A DNA stretch of 64,000 nt, taken from Vicinamibacterales bacterium. GTDB lineage: Bacteria; Acidobacteriota; Vicinamibacteria; Vicinamibacterales; UBA8438. Below are positions 58,533-64,000 of the stretch, in pieces. Position numbers and translations under genes: made by a program. The notes under the pieces were generated by a model. The model made no database searches and had not been told where the DNA came from. It saw nothing but the letters and a program-made list of their open reading frames with translations. Where the stretch lies: NCBI GenBank assembly GCA_965262925.1, contig CBDHGC010000004.1, positions 6,577,869 through 6,641,868 on the forward strand, read 5' to 3'. Position 1 is the stretch's first letter. The number at the start of each line of letters is the position of its first letter.

Positions 58533-59360
58533 GGAGAGCGATTGAACCAGGCCGCCCCATCGCCGGCCGGACGCTTCCTGCGCCGCTACCTGCGCATCGG
58601 ATCGCTGCTGCTGGTCACCGGCGTCTTCTTCGCCATCCTGTGGATGGTCTTCGCCCTGCTCCTGCCGGCGCCGCGCCTGCGCCGGCCGGCACGCAATGCC
58701 ATCTTTCGTCTTTGGGCGCGCCTTTGCCTGCGCGTCATCGGAGGCCGTCTCCGCGTGGAGGGGCCTCCCCCGCGGGCGCCCTTCCTGCTCGTCTGCAATC
58801 ACCTCGGCTACGTCGACATTCCGGTTTTGGCGGCCTGCACCGACGCGTGGTTCGTCGCCAAGATGGAAATGCGTTCCTGGCCGCTTGTCGGCATCCTCTG
58901 CCGTTCGGTGGGTACCATCTTCATAGACCGGGAGGCGGGCCGAGACGTGCTGCGCGTCAATCGGCTGATCGAGGACGTGCTAATGGACGGCTACGCCGTC
59001 GTGCTCTTCCCCGAGGGAACGAGCACGCAGGGCTTCGAGGTCCGCCGCTTTCGCACTTCTCTTCTCGACCACGCGGCACGCAGCGGCATGCCGGTCCACA
59101 CGGCGGCACTCACCTATCGCACGCCGCCCGGGGAGCCGCCCGCCAACCTGTCGGTCTGCTGGTGGGGTGACGCTCCCCTCTTCGCCCACGCGCAGCGGTT
59201 GTTCGAGCTGCGCCGTTTCGACGCCGTCGTGCGCTTCGGTCCTCACACCGTCAGGGGAAGCGACCGCAAGGAATTGGCGGCGCGCCTGCACGGCGAGGTG
59301 GAACGCATCTTCGAGCCCGTGGTCGCATCCGAAGAGCGCGCCTTCGAGACCGGCTTCTGA
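58524..59360 (+). CDS. Lysophospholipid acyltransferase (PlsC/OlsA-like)
   Basis: NHLGYVD, FVAK, FIDR, FPEGT. Confidence 0.92.
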   Translation: MSGGERLNQAAPSPAGRFLRRYLRIGSLLLVTGVFFAILWMVFALLLPAPRLRRPARNAIFRLWARLCLRVIGGRLRVEGPPPRAPFLLVCNHLGYVDIPVLAACTDAWFVAKMEMRSWPLVGILCRSVGTIFIDREAGRDVLRVNRLIEDVLMDGYAVVLFPEGTSTQGFEVRRFRTSLLDHAARSGMPVHTAALTYRTPPGEPPANLSVCWWGDAPLFAHAQRLFELRRFDAVVRFGPHTVRGSDRKELAARLHGEVERIFEPVVASEERAFETGF

Positions 59361-59566
59361 GCCCGGAACGCGGCCCCTCCGGAACGCAGATGGATGCTGC
59401 CGCCACGGACCGGGGACCTGTTGCCCTCGGGGTCGATGCTGCACGCCGCTCTACCGCCGATGCGTGGCTTCCGGTGCGGAGGCCACGGCTGTTGCATGAA
59501 TCGGGGGCCGAAACACGGCCGACCGCGCGCAACTTCCGGACACGCTGTCGACGTCGGAAGGAAAGA

Positions 59567-59656
59567 CGGGTGGTCCCCGCGCGTGCGGGGCTACCCCTCT
59601 TTCCTTTGCTCTGGGCTGTGCTGTCCCCGGTCCACCGCCGCTACGGCGGGGCAACC
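59567..59656 (-). CRISPR. Degenerate type I-E-like repeat-spacer-repeat mini-array; no cas genes in window
   Basis: Minus strand GGTTGCCCCGCCGTAGCGGCGGTGGACCG (29) + 32-nt spacer + GGTAGCCCCGCACGCGCGGGGACCACCCG (29); 61-bp period. Confidence 0.55.
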
Positions 59657-59996
59657 GTCGTGAAAGAGCATCTCGAAGGGCGTCGTTGTGGACAGGACCG
59701 AGAGCTGATCGGACACTCGAGCACAATGCGCTCCGCTGTCCACCGCCCTCTTCGCCGGGCCTTTGCACCATCGTCCGGTCTGGTCTTTCCGTAACCGTGG
59801 CTTCCCGCCCTGACGCTTGCCTTGACGGTCGCGCTGGCTCTGGCTCCGATCCGGCGCTCTTGCGCGATGATTCTGCTCGGTCGTCGTTTCGTTTCAGGCG
59901 GCGTTGACGTGCTATCGCAGCACCCGTCGTATCTGCTGAGTCACTTCGGCGATAGGTCGCGCGAGTGCGGGTGGGCCGTGTCGTCGATTTCACCTG

Positions 59997-61055
59997 TCAT
60001 GGCTTTTGGCCCCTGGTGGTAGTGTTGTCCCTGTCGTTCGTCCGGAGCCGCTCTTCGGCGTCCATCCCGTTTCCCGGCATCAGGTTCATCCCGGCTTTTG
60101 CGGTCCGCCACGCGCTCACTCCGTGCGCGTCCGCTTCGAACACTACCCTGTCGCGTTGTTGCCCGCACGCTGTGCAAGCGTAGTCGAGCAGTGCCTTCGC
60201 GCCCGGCCCTTGCGGTTCCAGGTAGGCGCTCAGTCCCGTGGCCTCGAAGTAGTGCTCGGCGTTGTTTGGTTCCATGCGATGTGTCTTCTCGCCTCGTGCG
60301 TTCGTTGCCGTGGTCACTTCGATGGCGCCGCTGCGTGTCCGGATCCGGCACTTCGTGTACAGACCGTTGCTGATCGCGTGCGCCGCTCGGTTTCCGAGCT
60401 GCCTCGCTTCGATTCGTTCCTGTTCGGGGATTCCGCTCAGTGCCTTCTCGGCGTCGCCGGCGATTGTCGGCGATGCCCAGTGGTAGCTCTGTGCGATGGC
60501 GTCCGCCGCCTCTTGGCTTATCGCGTTAACCGCGGCCTCGAGTGCTTCGGGCTCTTTCTCGCTCGCCTTGATGATGTCGAAGACGTCGCGCGCCAGCGGC
60601 TCCTCGGCTCGTTCCAGCTTGCCGCGCAGGATTTGAGCGCTCGACAACGCTGTTTCCGATCTGCCGTCGATCGTGTACGTTTGCTGGCCCGCGCCAAGTA
60701 GTGGCGCGGTCGCCCAGAGGTCCAGTTTCCGCTCGCCCTTGTCGAACGAAACCGTCCATAGCCGCGCCATGGGGTGGAACGCCGGCCTTCCCCCTAGTGC
60801 GCGCATTCTCGCTTCGAACTGCGTGGCCGGGTTGTTGGCCTCAGCGAGCATGCCTAGCGGCGTGTCCGGTTGGACCACCAGGTCGATGTCGTAGCTGTAC
60901 CGGTGCTTCCAGCGTGCGGCCAGGATCGATCCGCCGCCGATGGCGTACTGCGTCTGTCGGTCGCTGATGCTCCGGAGCTCTTCGCGCACCGTCTCGGCGA
61001 TTGCGTGCCATAGAGTTTCGGCCGGGGGCGGGAGTGTCAGGGTCGGCGGCGTCAT
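59997..61055 (-). CDS. AbiEii/AbiGii-like nucleotidyltransferase toxin
   Basis: YAIGGGSILAARWKHRYSYDIDL, later KL..R and RDVFD; ATGA overlap with upstream ORF; codon usage differs from neighbours. Confidence 0.78.
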   Translation of the reverse strand: MTPPTLTLPPPAETLWHAIAETVREELRSISDRQTQYAIGGGSILAARWKHRYSYDIDLVVQPDTPLGMLAEANNPATQFEARMRALGGRPAFHPMARLWTVSFDKGERKLDLWATAPLLGAGQQTYTIDGRSETALSSAQILRGKLERAEEPLARDVFDIIKASEKEPEALEAAVNAISQEAADAIAQSYHWASPTIAGDAEKALSGIPEQERIEARQLGNRAAHAISNGLYTKCRIRTRSGAIEVTTATNARGEKTHRMEPNNAEHYFEATGLSAYLEPQGPGAKALLDYACTACGQQRDRVVFEADAHGVSAWRTAKAGMNLMPGNGMDAEERLRTNDRDNTTTRGQKP

Positions 61056-61498
61056 TCGTCTTCTACCTCCGGCACCATCGCCCATCGGTTGAGCGCCCGC
61101 GCTGCACGGCACTGCGCGTGTCCGCTTCGGTGGAGCGCTGCCACCAACTGGCGTAGCGTGTACGCCCCTTCCGCCCAGGCGCTGATGAGCTCGTACCAAT
61201 CGGCTTCCTGGGCGAAGACGTGGAGGATCGTCCGCTGCCGCTCGTCGGGTTTCTCGGCGCGGATGGCATCGTAGAATTCCCAGCTCTGCGGTCGTTCGCT
61301 CCAGCCGGCGCAACTGCGCGCCAGTCGCAGTTCCACCGTGATGCTGTTGCGTCTTGTTTCCTCCGCCCCGCGCGCTCGACTCAGCCGCTGCGTCTCTTCC
61401 GCGGTCGGTTCGGTGTCGGCGAATACCTCCGGGCTCCGAAGTCTCAGTGGTTTCCGGTAGGGCTGCGTTCGCCGGTCTATGTCGTCGTTCGGTTGCAT
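61052..61498 (-). CDS. Putative cognate antitoxin / hypothetical protein
   Basis: Translationally coupled upstream of the AbiEii-like gene; no family recognised. Confidence 0.6.
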   Translation of the reverse strand: MQPNDDIDRRTQPYRKPLRLRSPEVFADTEPTAEETQRLSRARGAEETRRNSITVELRLARSCAGWSERPQSWEFYDAIRAEKPDERQRTILHVFAQEADWYELISAWAEGAYTLRQLVAALHRSGHAQCRAARALNRWAMVPEVEDE

Positions 61499-61590
61499 CG
61501 CTCACTCGTCGTGTAATTCCAGTGTGTGACACGTCAGCTCTCGCATAGATGGGGACCCGGAGAGGCGCTCCCAGGCCCGGCGTGGGACCC

Positions 61591-63597
61591 TCAGCGCAGG
61601 CTTCGCAGGTAGTTCACCAGACGCCAGATGTCCGGATCGCTGAGCCGGCCGCGGAAAGCATCCATCGCGAAGTCCGGCCCGATACCGTCGCGGATGGCGA
61701 CGAAGATCTCGCCGTCGCTGGCGCCGTGCCGCCAAGTCTCGTCAGCAAGGTTCGAAGGACGCGCGCCATAGGCGGCGGTGGCAGCGGCCAGCCGGCCGTC
61801 ACCGCGCCCGGTCGGCCCGTGACACGCGGCGCAGTGCCGGGTGTAGAGCTCGGCGCCGGCGGTTACCGAGTCGGGCGCAACCGTCACCGGGTTCGTCAGG
61901 ACCTGCGCCTCCGGGTGCGCGTGCGGCCGGGCCGGGTGCGCAAGGTCCACTGCCGCGTCCTCCGGCGCCTCGCCTCCCGCCAGCGAACGTAGGAGCGCCG
62001 CCGTGTCCTCGCGGACGAAGCGGTCGCCCGCGATGCCGTCGGCGAAGACAGCCAGCGCCAGTGGCGTCTCACCGCGCCGGTTCTCCGCGCGAAGGTCGGC
62101 GCCGCGAGCCGCCAACAGCTCGATGACGCTGTTCATGCCGTGCGAGGCCGCCGCGTGCAGCGCGGTATCCCCGGCCCCGTTGGCGGCATTGACGTCGGCG
62201 CCCAGCGCCAGAGCCGCCTCGACCGTAGCGTGCGCCATCCGCTCCTCGACGGCCGGGATCGTCGAGCCGAGCGCCGCCGACTCCACCGGGTTGTACGAAG
62301 AGAAGTCACGCCGGTCCCGGATGAACGCGCTCCCGCCGCCCCGGTTGTAGCCCTGTCCCGCCGCCGCCATCAACGGCGTAGTGCCGTCGCGGCTCGGCAG
62401 GCGCGGGTCCCCGCCGGCGGCGGCGAGGACGCGCATCATGTCGATCTCGAGGAACCGGGCGGCGAGCCAGAACGGGGTGGCTCCGACCCAGCGATCCATG
62501 AAGGCGAAGTCGTGGCTCCAGCGCCGGACCGGCGTTCCCTTCGTGAGGCGCGCGTTCGGATCGGCGCCGTGTTCGAGAAGTGCGCGCACGAGGGGCAAAC
62601 CGGCCCTCGGATCGTCGTTCGAGACGCCGCGGTCACGTAGCATGCCGCGCAAAACGGCCGCGTGCAACGCCGTGTAACCGAGCGGCGCCGCGTTCGGGTC
62701 GGCCCCTTCGGCGAGCAGAAACCCGGCCAGCGACCCGTGGCCGCCGTGCGCCGCGATGTTCAGCGCCGTGTTGCCGTCCGCCGCCCTGTCGTACACATCG
62801 GCGCCGGCGGCGACCAGCAGGCGGGCCGATTCGATGTCACCCGACCGCGTAGCGAACAGCAGCGCCGTGCTGCCGCCCTCGGCCGCTTCTTCGAGCGCGA
62901 TGCCGCGCGACGCCGAGCCGGCGGACCGGCTGCCGCCCATGTTGAAGACCCGCCGCCGGGTCCGGCTCCGGACTCCGACGTTCGCCCCGTGCTCGATGAG
63001 CGCCCGCGTGATCGCCGGATGCCGGTTCGCGACCGCCCACATCAGCGCCGACTGGCCGCGCGTGGACTCGGTCGCGTTCACGCGCGCGCCGGCGGCCAGC
63101 AGGGCGTTCACCGCCTCCAGGCTCCCGGCGCGCGACGCGGCCATCAGCGCGGTCTCGCCACTCTCGAGCGCGGCGTTCGGATCCGCGCCGGCCGCGAGCA
63201 GGCGCTCGACCAGCACACCGCGTCCGCGGGCGCACGCCATGAGGAGCGGAGTAACCCCCAGGTCGTTCGCCGCATTGGCATCCGCCCCCGCACCAATCAG
63301 CAGGTCGGCGATCTCCAGGTGCTCCCGGTGCACCGCCCAATGCAGCGCGGTGGCGCCGTCCGGCTGCCGCGCGTCGACGTCAACCGGTCCGGCCAGCAGC
63401 AACCGCACGGCGGCGAGATCCGCGGCCCGCACGGCCGAGATCAGCCGTGGCGTGGCGGGTGTGGGACCTGACTGGGCCCCAACGTCCGACCACGCCGCGA
63501 ACAGGACGCTCGCGAGCGCCAGCGCGACCGCGGCCGGAGACCGATGCGCGCAGCGTGCCGCGCACGGGTTGGACGTGGTCGGGATCCGCGCCAGCAT
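61591..63597 (-). CDS. Secreted ankyrin-repeat protein fused to C-terminal cytochrome c (copy 4)
   Basis: Ankyrin repeats, then NPV..GAELYTRHCAACHGPTGRGDG...AMDAF...DIWRLVNYLRSL (class I cytochrome c). Confidence 0.88.
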   Translation of the reverse strand: MLARIPTTSNPCAARCAHRSPAAVALALASVLFAAWSDVGAQSGPTPATPRLISAVRAADLAAVRLLLAGPVDVDARQPDGATALHWAVHREHLEIADLLIGAGADANAANDLGVTPLLMACARGRGVLVERLLAAGADPNAALESGETALMAASRAGSLEAVNALLAAGARVNATESTRGQSALMWAVANRHPAITRALIEHGANVGVRSRTRRRVFNMGGSRSAGSASRGIALEEAAEGGSTALLFATRSGDIESARLLVAAGADVYDRAADGNTALNIAAHGGHGSLAGFLLAEGADPNAAPLGYTALHAAVLRGMLRDRGVSNDDPRAGLPLVRALLEHGADPNARLTKGTPVRRWSHDFAFMDRWVGATPFWLAARFLEIDMMRVLAAAGGDPRLPSRDGTTPLMAAAGQGYNRGGGSAFIRDRRDFSSYNPVESAALGSTIPAVEERMAHATVEAALALGADVNAANGAGDTALHAAASHGMNSVIELLAARGADLRAENRRGETPLALAVFADGIAGDRFVREDTAALLRSLAGGEAPEDAAVDLAHPARPHAHPEAQVLTNPVTVAPDSVTAGAELYTRHCAACHGPTGRGDGRLAAATAAYGARPSNLADETWRHGASDGEIFVAIRDGIGPDFAMDAFRGRLSDPDIWRLVNYLRSLR

Positions 63598-63601
63598 GCC
63601 G

Positions 63602-64000
63602 TTACAGTTCCAGCCGCCCGGTGCTGTCGTGCAAGGCGTCGAGCCGCATGCCCAGCTTCTCCGCCACGGTCAGGTGCAGGTTGGCGAGCGGCGTGCCGCC
63701 GGCGACGGATCGGCCGCTGCCGGTTCCGCCGTCGTACCGCAGATGCCGGCCGCCCCTGAGCCTTCCCGCGCCGCCGCCCGCCAGCACCAGCGGGAGGTTC
63801 CACGGCTGGTGGTCGCCCTCGGACATGCCCGCCCCGTAGTAGAGGATGACGTGGTCCAGCAGCGAGCCGTCGCCGTCCGGGGTCGCGGCCAGCCGGCCCA
63901 AGTAGTAGGCGAACTGTTCCGCGTGGTGCGTGTTGATGCGGATCAACTGCTCGCGGCTGATCGAGCTGTCCTCGTGCGAGAGCGGGTGGTGACCGCCGGG
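63602..64000 (-). CDS. DUF1552 family protein (copy 4), C-terminal part; continues beyond window
   Basis: GHHPLSH, DGDGSLLDH, YGAGMS, GGRHLRY, PLANLH, DSTG. Confidence 0.88.
   Translation of the reverse strand, partial: PGGHHPLSHEDSSISREQLIRINTHHAEQFAYYLGRLAATPDGDGSLLDHVILYYGAGMSEGDHQPWNLPLVLAGGGAGRLRGGRHLRYDGGTGSGRSVAGGTPLANLHLTVAEKLGMRLDALHDSTGRLEL

Noticed and set aside
59736-59764. Further CRISPR-repeat-like unit (GTCCACCGCC...GCCGGGC)
   Set aside because: Only about 17/29 similar and out of the 61-bp register
59451-59993. 180-aa minus-strand ORF downstream of the toxin
   Set aside because: Low-complexity, no motifs, runs through the CRISPR-like repeats; probably non-coding or decayed
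1-64000. tRNA, rRNA, integrase or prophage genes
   Set aside because: None recognisable by eye; a covariance-model scan would be needed to exclude small ncRNAs

Overview
High-GC bacterial DNA. Gene content (Acidobacterial-type VWA protein, PDZ sensor, many secreted ankyrin and DUF1592/DUF1552 genes) suggests Acidobacteriota (Vicinamibacterales-like), possibly host-associated; this is inference. 1-19 kb is mostly housekeeping: gpmI, methylmalonyl-CoA mutase, ino1, tonB and polA, plus a complete ISKra4-family IS (22-bp TIRs, 9-bp target duplication) whose transposase is frameshifted. 19-56 kb and 61.6-64 kb form a large cluster of exported redox proteins: four DUF1552/ankyrin modules (three with a di-heme DUF1592 gene inside the window), a PQQ dehydrogenase, heme-c fusion proteins and NHL propellers. 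The top candidate system is a heme-c-fused PHM-like copper monooxygenase with all six Cu ligands, directly followed by a PAL-like NHL protein with all five catalytic residues. Together they resemble a bacterial version of eukaryotic peptide alpha-amidation (PAM). Near 58-61.5 kb there is a relic toxin-antitoxin fragment, a decayed type I-E-like CRISPR mini-array (29+32+29 bp) and an AbiEii-type toxin-antitoxin pair. All protein calls come from motif recognition by eye; no database searches were run.
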